NCBI GenBank assembly: GCA_963805065.1
Contig: CAWDSS010000010.1
Span: 792,359 to 856,358 of the forward strand
DNA length: 64,000 nucleotides
Reading direction: 5' to 3'
Source: Candidatus Omnitrophota bacterium
GTDB taxonomy: Bacteria; Omnitrophota; Gorgyraeia; Gygaellales; Profunditerraquicolaceae
The notes beneath the pieces were generated by a model. That model did no database searches and was not told where the DNA came from. It saw only the letters and a list, made by a program, of their open reading frames with translations. This document shows positions 9,703 to 18,714 of this stretch, one piece after another. The first letter of the stretch is position 1, and every line of letters starts with the position of its first letter. A program made the position numbers and the translations under genes.

Positions 9703-10520
9703 TGAAGGAAATAGTATTTTCAAACGGAAAATTCCTGGCTGCAGAGGATGCGAAAATTCCCGTGAGTAGCCTGGGTTTATTAATGGGCTTAGGATTGTTT
9801 GAAACCATGCGCTCATACAATAAAAAAATAGTTTATTTGGATAAGCATTTAACTAGGATTAAGAATTCCTGCAAACTGATTAATTTGAAATTTCCTTACT
9901 CTATAAGCAAGTTAAAGAATAGCATTAAAAAGACAGTAGAACTTAATGCTATTCAAGATGCCTATGTAAGATTAACATTATGCAAATCCGTATCCGGGAC
10001 AGATTGTATAATTTTGTTAAAAAAATACACCCCCTTTCAGTTGGCAAAATATAAAAAAGGCTTTTCAGCAATAGTTTCACGATTTCTACAGGATGAAAAC
10101 TCTTTGCTTTCGCAAATCAAAACCACAAACCGTATGATTTACGAAATTGCGCTGCAGGAAGCAAAACTCGCAGGATGTGACGAGGCACTATTCCTTAATA
10201 ACAAAGGCTTTATCGCAGAGGCCTCGCGAAGCAATGTTTTCCTGGTAAAGAACCAGGAAATTTTTACGCCTTCTCTACAATGCGGTTGTCTTGATGGCAT
10301 CACCAGAAGAGTTATCCTTGATTTGGCAAAAAAACACCATTTGAAGGCCAGTGAAGGAAATTTTACCTTGCAGGAATTATATTATGCTGACGAGGCGTTT
10401 TTAACCAATTCTTTAATCGGGATTATGCCTTTGACTTGCATAGAAAAACATGCTATTGGCAAGGCCGGAAGAGGCGAAACAACAGAGTTTTTGATAAAAA
10501 AATACGATTCCTTACTTTAA
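9702..10520 (+). CDS. pabC: aminodeoxychorismate lyase / class IV aminotransferase
   Basis: Fold-type IV PLP enzyme pattern (..RSNVF.., GITR, ..FLTNS..), immediately downstream of pabB. Confidence 0.7.
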   Translation: MKEIVFSNGKFLAAEDAKIPVSSLGLLMGLGLFETMRSYNKKIVYLDKHLTRIKNSCKLINLKFPYSISKLKNSIKKTVELNAIQDAYVRLTLCKSVSGTDCIILLKKYTPFQLAKYKKGFSAIVSRFLQDENSLLSQIKTTNRMIYEIALQEAKLAGCDEALFLNNKGFIAEASRSNVFLVKNQEIFTPSLQCGCLDGITRRVILDLAKKHHLKASEGNFTLQELYYADEAFLTNSLIGIMPLTCIEKHAIGKAGRGETTEFLIKKYDSLL

Positions 10521-10522
10521 AA

Positions 10523-11668
10523 ATGCATCTAGAAACCATAACAATACCTTTTAAACTAAAAAAGCCTATTCTTGCATTGGGCAGCCAAACCAAAAATACA
10601 ATTTGTTTTGTAAAAGGTGATACTGCTTATATTAGCCCGGTGCACGCTGATTTAAGCAATCCACAAGACTTTTTACAATTCGAGAAAGACGTAAAATATT
10701 TTCTTAAACAAAGGCCAAAAATCATTGCTTATGATTTACACCCGGAATATCAATCCACAAAATATGGTCTTGAGCTTTCAGCTTTCAGCTTTCAGCTTTC
10801 AGCTGTGCAGCATCATCATGCGCATATAGCTGCCTGTATGGCAGAGAATGGCTTGAGTAACCAGAAAGTCATTGGCGTAGCTTTTGACGGCACTGGTTTA
10901 GGCGCGGATGGCTCGCTTTGGGGAGCAGAGTTTCTGATTTGCGACTATAAAAATTTTGTGCGTAAAGCCCATGTTCAAGAAATAGTTCTTCTGGGAGGAG
11001 AAAAAGCAATATTAGAACCCTTTAGGCTCACAGCAGCCTGGCTTTTCCTGGCCTATGAAGGCAGGTTTTTAAACCTGGATATTGATTTCGTGAAGAAACT
11101 GGATAAAAAGAAATGGCTGGTTTTAAAGCAAATGCTTGTATCGGGATTTAACTCTCCGTTGGCAAGCAGCATGGGCAGGCTTTTTGATGCAGCTGCTAGC
11201 CTTGTGTTAAGCAAGTATAAAGCTAGCTTTGAAGCAGAGCTGGCGATTGAATTAGAAAAATTAGCTGTTAGTTTTCAGTCGTCAGTTTTCAGTCGTCAAC
11301 TTTCAGCTATCAGCTATCAGTTTAAAATCATTAAAAGCAAAAATGATTATATCTTAGATCCTGCTTTAATTTTTAAAGGAATAATTCAAGATTTAAAAGC
11401 TGGCACGCCAAAAGAGAAAATTGCTTACAAGTTTCACAAAACTATTGCTGAAATGATAAATAAAACCTGTAGAATTTTAAGAAAGGGTAGCGGCATAAAC
11501 AACGTGGTTTTATCAGGCGGGGTTTTTCAAAATAAGCTTTTACTTAAGTTAAGTTCGGATTTATTATATAAACATAAGTTTAGATTATATATGCACAAAA
11601 ATTTATCCTGCAATGACTCAGGAGTTTCTCTCGGTCAAGCTTTAATCGCAAATTTTTCAAAGGGTTAA
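10523..11668 (+). CDS. hypF: HypF-like protein consisting only of the C-terminal Kae1-like domain
   Basis: LGSQTKNT, DLHPEY, QHHHAHIAA and AFDGTGLG..LWGAEFL match the HypF C-terminal half. The acylphosphatase, Zn-finger and YrdC parts are absent. I use the ATG at 10523, just after the pabC stop. Confidence 0.7.
   Translation: MHLETITIPFKLKKPILALGSQTKNTICFVKGDTAYISPVHADLSNPQDFLQFEKDVKYFLKQRPKIIAYDLHPEYQSTKYGLELSAFSFQLSAVQHHHAHIAACMAENGLSNQKVIGVAFDGTGLGADGSLWGAEFLICDYKNFVRKAHVQEIVLLGGEKAILEPFRLTAAWLFLAYEGRFLNLDIDFVKKLDKKKWLVLKQMLVSGFNSPLASSMGRLFDAAASLVLSKYKASFEAELAIELEKLAVSFQSSVFSRQLSAISYQFKIIKSKNDYILDPALIFKGIIQDLKAGTPKEKIAYKFHKTIAEMINKTCRILRKGSGINNVVLSGGVFQNKLLLKLSSDLLYKHKFRLYMHKNLSCNDSGVSLGQALIANFSKG
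10773..10807. repeat. heptanucleotide tandem repeat (AGCTTTC)x4 plus a degenerate unit, inside hypF
   Basis: Read directly: agctttc agctttc agctttc agctttc agctgtg. Confidence 0.9.
11263..11325. repeat. degenerate heptanucleotide array (AGNNNTC)x9 inside hypF
   Basis: Read directly: agctgtt agttttc agtcgtc agttttc agtcgtc aactttc agctatc agctatc agtttaa. Confidence 0.85.
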
Positions 11669-11672
11669 ATAT

Positions 11673-11882
11673 ATGTGTTTGGCTATCCCCATGAGAATTA
11701 AGCAAATCGAAGGACAGTTTGCCCAGGTTGAATCAGGCAGGCTCGTAAGGACAATTAATATCCAAATGCTGCCTCAGGCAAAAAAAGGAGACTATGTGCT
11801 TGTGCATGCGGGGTTTGCCCTGGAGAAAATTGACCCTAAAAGAGCAAAAGAAACCTTAAGGATGATAAATGAAATACGTTGA
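11673..11882 (+). CDS. hypC: hydrogenase maturation chaperone HypC
   Basis: N-terminal MCLAIP motif, about 70 aa, located between hypF and hypD. Confidence 0.85.
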   Translation: MCLAIPMRIKQIEGQFAQVESGRLVRTINIQMLPQAKKGDYVLVHAGFALEKIDPKRAKETLRMINEIR

Positions 11883-12957
11883 TGAATTCAGGAATATAGC
11901 CCTGGTTAACAAGCTAAAGGAGAAAATAAAAAATATCGCTCCTTTAGGAGCAATAAATTTTATGGAAGTGTGCGGCACGCATACTCAAAGTTTTCGCAGG
12001 TTCGGTTTGAATAATATGCTCCCCAACAATATCAGGCTGATTGCCGGCCCGGGCTGCCCTGTGTGCGTTAGCTCGCAAGGATACATTGATAATGCGATTA
12101 CCCTGGCACACCGTAAAGAGGTAATTTTGGTTACATTCGGAGATATGCTGCGTATTCCCGGCACTAGCTCCACGCTGGAAAAAGAAAAGTCTCTCTACTC
12201 TAACGTGCGCGTAGTTTATAGCGCCTGGGAAAGCCTGAACATTGCCAAACAAAATCCCGATAAGCAAGTAGTGTTTTTAGCAGTGGGTTTTGAAACCACG
12301 GCTCCCACAATTGCCTTAAGCATAATCGCCGCTAAACAGGAGAAATTAAATAATCTATCTTTCTATTCTTCTCTGAAGTTGATTCCTCCTGCCATGGATT
12401 ATCTGGCAAGGGACAAAAGGTTAAGGCTGGACGGGTTTTTGTGTCCCGGACACGTTTCCTCCATAATCGGAACCAGGCCTTACCGATTCCTGCCTCAAAA
12501 ATACGGCGTGGGTTGCTGCATAACCGGATTTGAGCCGCTGGATATTTTAGAAGGCATATACATATTATTACGCCAAATTAAGGAATGTAAGCCAAGAGTG
12601 GAAAACCAGTACAGCCGCGCAGTGGCAAGAGAAGGAAATTTAAAAGCGCAAAAGACAATCTGGCAAGTTTTTCACACCTCTGATGCTTATTGGCGGGGCT
12701 TGGGAAAAATCCCCCAAAGCGGGCTTAAAATAAGAGAAAAATTCGCAAAACTCGATGTAGAAAAAATATTCCCCATAGCAAAAAATGAATTTGTTAAGTT
12801 TCAACAAAAGAAATGCCGCTGTGCCGATATTTTAAAAGGGCTTATCTCTCCTTTGGATTGTCCTTTATTCTTAAAGGTGTGTTCTCCGGAAAATCCCATC
12901 GGTCCGTGCATGGTTTCCCTGGAAGGAGCGTGTAATGCGTATTATAAATACCGGTGA
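11869..12957 (+). CDS. hypD: hydrogenase maturation protein HypD
   Basis: Motifs EVCGTHT, GPGCPVCV and FETTAP, plus the C-terminal Cys cluster. Confidence 0.9.
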   Translation: MKYVDEFRNIALVNKLKEKIKNIAPLGAINFMEVCGTHTQSFRRFGLNNMLPNNIRLIAGPGCPVCVSSQGYIDNAITLAHRKEVILVTFGDMLRIPGTSSTLEKEKSLYSNVRVVYSAWESLNIAKQNPDKQVVFLAVGFETTAPTIALSIIAAKQEKLNNLSFYSSLKLIPPAMDYLARDKRLRLDGFLCPGHVSSIIGTRPYRFLPQKYGVGCCITGFEPLDILEGIYILLRQIKECKPRVENQYSRAVAREGNLKAQKTIWQVFHTSDAYWRGLGKIPQSGLKIREKFAKLDVEKIFPIAKNEFVKFQQKKCRCADILKGLISPLDCPLFLKVCSPENPIGPCMVSLEGACNAYYKYR

Positions 12958-15361
12958 AAAGTTAAAAGTAAAAAGCAAAAAGGTAAAAGTGAAAAGCCAA
13001 AAGTTAAAAGTGTTGATTTTTGCGTTTTGCATTTTGGGTTTAACTGCCGGTTGTATTCAGAAAGACGAACTAGAGCTGGCGCAGGAATGTGTAGGCAAGT
13101 CCGATGTCTACTACCAGCATGCCATTGAAAGGTACAAGAAATTAATTAATAAAGGCAAGGACTTAGACAGGCTGTATTTTGAACTGGGCAGGTTGTATTA
13201 CTCGCACGGTGAATTTGACAAGTCTAAACATGCCTTGGAAAAAAGCGCGGCTTTACAGGGACATAAGCTTCTGGCTATATCTGATTATAAACTGGGTAAT
13301 TTTACCGATGCCCTGGAAATTTTTGGCAAGGATAATATTTCCGATGATGAATACCTGTATTATTACGGTTTAACCTGCGAAAAATTGAACCTGTTTGATA
13401 AAGCCCTGGATATTTATAAAAAGATAAAAGGCAATAAATTTATTCCGCTCGCACAGGCACGCATAAATATCATCCGCAATGATGGAGCGTTGCAAACAAT
13501 AGAACAAAAAGACCCCAACATTTATAAAATTATTCAATCCGCGCCATCCCCAGAAGCCTATCCTCAGGCAGGGGCGCTTATTCTGTCCTGCGATGAAAGA
13601 ATCGAAGTCACTGACAAAAATAGCGAAGTTTCAGACATGCACTACGTGATTAAGATTTTAAATGAACGGGGAAAGGAAGATTTTTCAGAAAGCCACATTG
13701 AATACGATTCTACCTATGAAAAGGTAGAATTGGAGTATGCGCGCACCATAAAACCGGACGGCACGATTACAGATGTGGGCAGCCGCCATATCCGCGATGT
13801 CTCCAAATATTTAAATTTTCCCCTCTACAGCAATGTGCGGGTTTACATAATTTCCTTCCCGGAAATTACTGAAGGTGCAGTCATAGAATATAAGGTAAAG
13901 ATTTACAGGAACGAGCTTATCAACAAAAAGGATTTCGTGATAAATTATCCTGTACAATCAAGCGAGCCGGTAATCTTCGCGGATTTTACGGTTACATTGC
14001 CCAAAGGCAGAACTCTGAACCTAAGGACATTAAATGAAAAATACAACAATTTCAACGCCAATCTTAAGCCAGCAATAAACGAACAAGGCACGCGCTTAGT
14101 TTACAGTTGGCACTTTAATAATATCCCTCAGATAATCCCTGAATCCAACATGCCTCCTAACGTAGAGATAAACCCCGCGATACTTATGTCCACTTTTAAT
14201 TCATGGCAAGATATTTATAATTGGTGGTGGGCATTAGCAAAAGATAAAATAAAAGCAGATAAGACTATAGGAAACAAAGTCGCTACCTTAACGGGGAAAT
14301 TAAGTTCTGATGAGGCCAAAATCAGGGCGATATATAATTTCTGCGCAAAAGAAATCCGCTATGTAGCGGTTGAATACGGGCAGGCAGGCTATGAGCCGCA
14401 TAAAGCAGAAGATATATTCCAGAATAAATACGGAGACTGTAAAGACCAGGCAATTCTTTTAGTTACGATGCTTAAAAATTGCGGGTTTACTGCCTGGCCG
14501 GTGTTGATTTCTACAAACGATTATTATAATATGAACCCGGATTTTCCGGCAGTGCTGTTTGACCACTGTATTGCTGCCGTGCAGTTAAAAGACAAAATAA
14601 TATTCCTTGATCCTACGGCGCAAACCTGCTCTTTTGACGACCTGCCAGGAGGGGATCAGGACAGGCAGGTATTGGTATTTAAAGAGAATACCTTTGCGAT
14701 ACAGTTAACACCCCTGTATCCTGCAGGGCATAACCTGGTAAAACAGGCGGCAAGCATCAAAATTAACAATGATGAAACTATAACCGCTAAAAAAGACATC
14801 TTTACCTATGGAATGTATGATCAGGCACAGAGGTATTGGCTCCTGTTTACTCCTCCTCAGCTAATCGAAGAAAAATTGAAAGAGAGAATCCAGGAAGTCT
14901 CTATCGGAGCCAAACTTAGTAAATATGAAATAAAAAACTTAGATAACCTTAATGAGCCCGTAGTATTAAGTTATACATTTAGCGGGCCGGAGTATCTTAC
15001 TATTGCAGGGCCGTTAAGGATTATGCCGCAGCTAGCAAGCCTGGATTCGACAATGGTAGCCAGAGACAAGCGTAAATACCCCATTGATCTCACTATCTTA
15101 GACAAGAAAGAATCGGTGTTGGAGATTGAATTCCCCAAGAATTTCACAATTAAATATATGCCCCAGAGCGTTTCCGAGGACAGCCCCTGGATGTCATTTA
15201 AAGTTGAGTATACCCCTAAAGGCGATAAGCTGGTATTCAGGCAGGTAGCCGAATTAAAAAAGAAAGTCATAGAGGAGCAGGATTACCCTGCTTTTAAAGC
15301 GTTTTTTGATAAATTAGCCAGGCAGATAAAGCAAAGAGTTGTCTTAGAAAAGATAAAGTAA
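12935..15361 (+). CDS. lipoprotein with TPR repeats, a DUF3857-like region and a transglutaminase-like cysteine protease core
   Basis: Lipobox LTAGC. TPR-like helices follow. YGDCKDQAILLVTMLK resembles the transglutaminase-like core Cys. Confidence 0.65.
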   Translation: MRIINTGEKLKVKSKKVKVKSQKLKVLIFAFCILGLTAGCIQKDELELAQECVGKSDVYYQHAIERYKKLINKGKDLDRLYFELGRLYYSHGEFDKSKHALEKSAALQGHKLLAISDYKLGNFTDALEIFGKDNISDDEYLYYYGLTCEKLNLFDKALDIYKKIKGNKFIPLAQARINIIRNDGALQTIEQKDPNIYKIIQSAPSPEAYPQAGALILSCDERIEVTDKNSEVSDMHYVIKILNERGKEDFSESHIEYDSTYEKVELEYARTIKPDGTITDVGSRHIRDVSKYLNFPLYSNVRVYIISFPEITEGAVIEYKVKIYRNELINKKDFVINYPVQSSEPVIFADFTVTLPKGRTLNLRTLNEKYNNFNANLKPAINEQGTRLVYSWHFNNIPQIIPESNMPPNVEINPAILMSTFNSWQDIYNWWWALAKDKIKADKTIGNKVATLTGKLSSDEAKIRAIYNFCAKEIRYVAVEYGQAGYEPHKAEDIFQNKYGDCKDQAILLVTMLKNCGFTAWPVLISTNDYYNMNPDFPAVLFDHCIAAVQLKDKIIFLDPTAQTCSFDDLPGGDQDRQVLVFKENTFAIQLTPLYPAGHNLVKQAASIKINNDETITAKKDIFTYGMYDQAQRYWLLFTPPQLIEEKLKERIQEVSIGAKLSKYEIKNLDNLNEPVVLSYTFSGPEYLTIAGPLRIMPQLASLDSTMVARDKRKYPIDLTILDKKESVLEIEFPKNFTIKYMPQSVSEDSPWMSFKVEYTPKGDKLVFRQVAELKKKVIEEQDYPAFKAFFDKLARQIKQRVVLEKIK
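12954..13042. repeat. inverted pair of heptamer arrays: (GNNAAAA)x8 followed by (GNNTTTT)x4
   Basis: Read directly. It spans the hypD stop and the first ~35 codons of the next ORF. Confidence 0.85.
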
Positions 15362-15364
15362 AGA

Positions 15365-17308
15365 GTGAACAGAAAAAATTATCATATTCCCGAAAGAAGA
15401 AAATACATAAGGCTTGATACGGTATTGCCGGTGCAGTTTTGCCTGTTGAGCCTCGATGATAAACAATGCCTGTCAGAAGAATTACAGGGGTTCACAAGTA
15501 ATGTAGGTAAAGAGGGCATTTGCCTAACCGTAAATAATCTTGAGGCAAAACTCGCCGAGATTATAAAGGAAAAGAAAGCAAAGTTTTCTTTAGGTATAGA
15601 CCTGCCTCTTACTGTAGGCACTGTCGGCGCATCGGCAACAATAGTCTGGATGCAAAAATTAAGTGCGGGTTCGGATAAATATTTAATCGGTTTAAAATAT
15701 GAACATATTGACCGCGGGCAAAATAATAAAATCATGCTTTATGCCAGAGGCAAAAAATTATTCATTCCCACAGTCTTAATCGTTATTATTTTATTGAGTT
15801 TAAGTTTTGCGCTAGCCAGTTTCGTAAACATTAAATTAATCGAAAGGAACAAAGCACTGGTTAAGCAATTGGTAAATACTATCCAGGAATTAAATATTAC
15901 GAACCAGAAGGCCAAGGGAATAAGTAAGCAGAGCGAAGCACTACAACTGGAAATTAAAGAGCTCCAGTTACGCATCCAATCAGCCCAAAATGAAGCAGAA
16001 AATTTGGCTAAGAATGAATCAAAATCCCTAGAGAAAATCAAGGGATTAAACAGCTTGATTGCCAGGTTGATGAATGACAAGGCTTCCTTGCAGCAAAAGT
16101 TGGCGGGCCTGCAAAAACAGGAGGATGTTGTTACGCAAGAGTTGCTTCGCCTGGACAAAAAGAAGACGGGCCTGGAAAAAGCCAATATTGATAAGATGTA
16201 TGATTGGTTAAAAATACACCAGAATCCCAGAACCGGCTTGGTAATGAGTTTCGAGGGGGATAATGATATCGCAAACTGCGGATTTACTTATGACCAGGCA
16301 CTGGTTATACAGGCCTACACATATTTCGGAGATTTTGAACGGGCGAAAAAAATATTGGATTTCTTTGATAAAAAAGCAAAGTACTCCAAAGAAGGATTAT
16401 TCTACAATGCCTATTATACCAGCGACACAGAGCCTACTGAATACATCGTGCATAGCGGCCCGAATATTTGGCTGGGGATAGCGGTTCTGCAATACACCAA
16501 GAAGACCGGCGATACCCAATATTTAAGATTGGCACAGGGCATTGCCGACAGTTTGATAGTTTTACAAGATCAGGATAAGGAGGGCTATATCAGGGGCGGC
16601 CCTAATGTAGAATGGGTTGCAACAGAGCACAATCTTGATGCATATGCTTTCTTTAATATGCTCTATAAAATTACGAGAGATTTCGTGTATCTGGAAAAAG
16701 CAAATAAGGTATTAAATTGGTTAGTGAAACATACATATGATAATAAAGATATTCCGGTTAAACGCGGTAAGGGTGATTCTACTATTGCCACAGATACTTA
16801 TGCCTGGTCATTGGCAGCCATAGGCCCTAAGAAGCTTGAAGGATTGGGCCTTAATCCAGAGAGAATTCTAGAATTCGCAGAAAATAATTGCGCGGTAGAA
16901 GTAAATTATACCAGGCCGGAAGGCAGGACTACGAGAATAAAAGGGTTTGATTTCACCGCACAGAGAAATTTAGCAAGAGGAGGCGTTGTTTCTGCTGAGT
17001 GGACGGCGCAGATGATTGAGGCATTTAAAATAATGGCGGATTTTTATGCCAGGAAAGGGATTAAACCCAAGGCGCATATTTACGAGATGAAGGCAGAAGA
17101 ATACATGACGCAGCTGGGTAACATGATTATATCAAGCCCCTCTCCTTCCGGGCAGGGTGAGAGTTGCCTGCCTTACGCAACGCAGGATTTTGTAGATACC
17201 GGCCATGGCTGGATGACACCGAAAGGTAAATCTACGGGGTCTTTATCCGCCACTACTTACGGGATATTCGCTTACTATAATTATAATCCCCTGGAACTCA
17301 AGGAATGA
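15365..17308 (+). CDS. PilZ-domain / TM / coiled-coil protein with a large uncharacterised C-terminal domain
   Basis: N-terminal RRKYIR plus ..SNVGKEG.. resemble the PilZ RxxxR and DxSxxG motifs. A hydrophobic segment lies at about aa 135-155, followed by a heptad-rich stretch. Confidence 0.55.
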   Translation: MNRKNYHIPERRKYIRLDTVLPVQFCLLSLDDKQCLSEELQGFTSNVGKEGICLTVNNLEAKLAEIIKEKKAKFSLGIDLPLTVGTVGASATIVWMQKLSAGSDKYLIGLKYEHIDRGQNNKIMLYARGKKLFIPTVLIVIILLSLSFALASFVNIKLIERNKALVKQLVNTIQELNITNQKAKGISKQSEALQLEIKELQLRIQSAQNEAENLAKNESKSLEKIKGLNSLIARLMNDKASLQQKLAGLQKQEDVVTQELLRLDKKKTGLEKANIDKMYDWLKIHQNPRTGLVMSFEGDNDIANCGFTYDQALVIQAYTYFGDFERAKKILDFFDKKAKYSKEGLFYNAYYTSDTEPTEYIVHSGPNIWLGIAVLQYTKKTGDTQYLRLAQGIADSLIVLQDQDKEGYIRGGPNVEWVATEHNLDAYAFFNMLYKITRDFVYLEKANKVLNWLVKHTYDNKDIPVKRGKGDSTIATDTYAWSLAAIGPKKLEGLGLNPERILEFAENNCAVEVNYTRPEGRTTRIKGFDFTAQRNLARGGVVSAEWTAQMIEAFKIMADFYARKGIKPKAHIYEMKAEEYMTQLGNMIISSPSPSGQGESCLPYATQDFVDTGHGWMTPKGKSTGSLSATTYGIFAYYNYNPLELKE

Positions 17309-17973
17309 AGCCAGTTTTGAATTCTGTTTATAAAAAACTCTACGCATATTTTGGGCCTCAGCACTGGTGGCCAGGCGAAAGCCGCTTTGAGGTTATGGTA
17401 GGAGCAATACTTACGCAAAACACTAACTGGTCTAATGTAGAAAAAGCAATTGCCAATATCAAAAAACAAAACTTATTGCAATTCCAAAGGCTTCAAAGGC
17501 TGTCGCACAAAAGATTAGCCAGCTTAATCAGGCCTGCCGGTTATTATAATCTCAAGGCAAGGCGTTTAAAGGAATTCTTAAAATTCCTGCACAATCATTG
17601 CCGGGGTAATCTTCGTAAAATGTCCTGCGGGCCCATGGATGAACTGCGAGAGAAATTACTCTCTGTGAAAGGCATTGGCCCTGAGACAGCAGATTCTATC
17701 TTACTTTATGCTTTGAACAAGCCTGTGTTTGTGGTAGACGCATACACAAAAAGAATACTCTTGCGGCACAACATAATCAGAGAAGACTCCGATTATGCCG
17801 CAGTGCAAAATTTGTTTATGGAAAATCTAAAAAATGAGGTAAAATTATTCAACGAATACCATGCGTTATTAGTCAGGTTGGGTAAAGAATTCTGCCTCAA
17901 AAATAAGCCTAAATGTAAAGGATGCCCGATAAACTCAAAACGCAAAAGTCAAAATGCAAAACTTACAACGTAA
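17305..17973 (+). CDS. endonuclease III-like HhH-GPD DNA glycosylase family protein
   Basis: HhH motif LLSVKGIGPETADSILLY. Catalytic D in the VVDAYT context. C-terminal Cys residues. Confidence 0.7.
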   Translation: MKPVLNSVYKKLYAYFGPQHWWPGESRFEVMVGAILTQNTNWSNVEKAIANIKKQNLLQFQRLQRLSHKRLASLIRPAGYYNLKARRLKEFLKFLHNHCRGNLRKMSCGPMDELREKLLSVKGIGPETADSILLYALNKPVFVVDAYTKRILLRHNIIREDSDYAAVQNLFMENLKNEVKLFNEYHALLVRLGKEFCLKNKPKCKGCPINSKRKSQNAKLTT

Positions 17974-18683
17974 AACGCAAAACAAAAGTTTTGTCATTTG
18001 GTATTTGTGCTTTGAGCTTATTTTGGATTTTGTGCTTTGATATTTGTCATTTCGCTTATGCTGCGCCCTGTTACGGAACTAAGCTGCCTGAAAAAAACCA
18101 AATTTTTACGGGATTGCAAAGTTATTCTGTTTTTAACCGGTATCTGGAGGATGATGATGGAAAATTAAGGAGCCAGCAGGAATTTTTGCTTCTCTCCTAC
18201 GGGTTCCTAGATTGGTTATCTGTTGATTTAAAAGGAGGGGCAGGCTACATAAAACAGCATCCCTTCGGAAGCGATGAGCTTGATTATCCGACGTATCTAG
18301 GAGGTGGATACGGATTCAGAATTAAATTTTTTGATAAACAAAACACCAAGATGGTTTTTGGTTTTCAGCACATAAGCGTGCATCCCTATACTATTAGCGT
18401 AGAAGGCGTAAAGAACAAGGCAGTTTTAGATGATTGGCAGTTTTCCTTACTGGCATCGTATGATTTCAAGAAAATTACACCTTATCTGGGAACCAGGTGG
18501 TCCTGGCTGGATTATATCCACTGGACAAATGGTAATAGTAAATTAGAAAAGTCGGATTTAGGTAAGAGTGTCGGCCTGGTAGTAGGTTGCGACCTTCCCG
18601 TGAACGAGAGGTTCTGGTTTAATTTAGAAGGACAATTCTTTGATAGCGAAGCCCTCGCCTTCAGCGCGAATTATAGTTTTTAA
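17922..18683 (+). CDS. putative outer-membrane beta-barrel protein
   Basis: K-rich N-region, hydrophobic core and AYA cleavage-like site. Alternating aromatic/Gly strands and a terminal aromatic residue (..NYSF). Confidence 0.45.
   Translation: MPDKLKTQKSKCKTYNVKRKTKVLSFGICALSLFWILCFDICHFAYAAPCYGTKLPEKNQIFTGLQSYSVFNRYLEDDDGKLRSQQEFLLLSYGFLDWLSVDLKGGAGYIKQHPFGSDELDYPTYLGGGYGFRIKFFDKQNTKMVFGFQHISVHPYTISVEGVKNKAVLDDWQFSLLASYDFKKITPYLGTRWSWLDYIHWTNGNSKLEKSDLGKSVGLVVGCDLPVNERFWFNLEGQFFDSEALAFSANYSF
17934..18060. repeat. inverted pair of heptamer arrays: (NNCAAAA)x7 followed by (NTTTGNN)x~9
   Basis: Read directly. It spans the 3' end of the endoIII-like gene and the N-terminus of the next ORF. 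Confidence 0.85.
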
Positions 18684-18714
18684 TCTTACCCCTAATTAAA
18701 AGAATCAGATAACT

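Noticed and set aside
10436-10522. ORF-track start of hypF at 10436, overlapping pabC by 85 nt
   Set aside because: The extension is Arg/Lys-rich and non-homologous. The ATG at 10523 directly follows the pabC stop, and HypF homology begins there.
13179-13373. 64-aa and similar short same-strand alternative-frame ORFs (13179..13373, 16263..16481, 38156..38353, 62886..63068)
   Set aside because: They are embedded out-of-frame within longer, better-supported ORFs and have no independent signals.
12954-18060. Short-period repeat arrays as possible CRISPR arrays
   Set aside because: The units are 7 nt and contiguous, with no spacers. No cas genes are present. They are simple tandem arrays.
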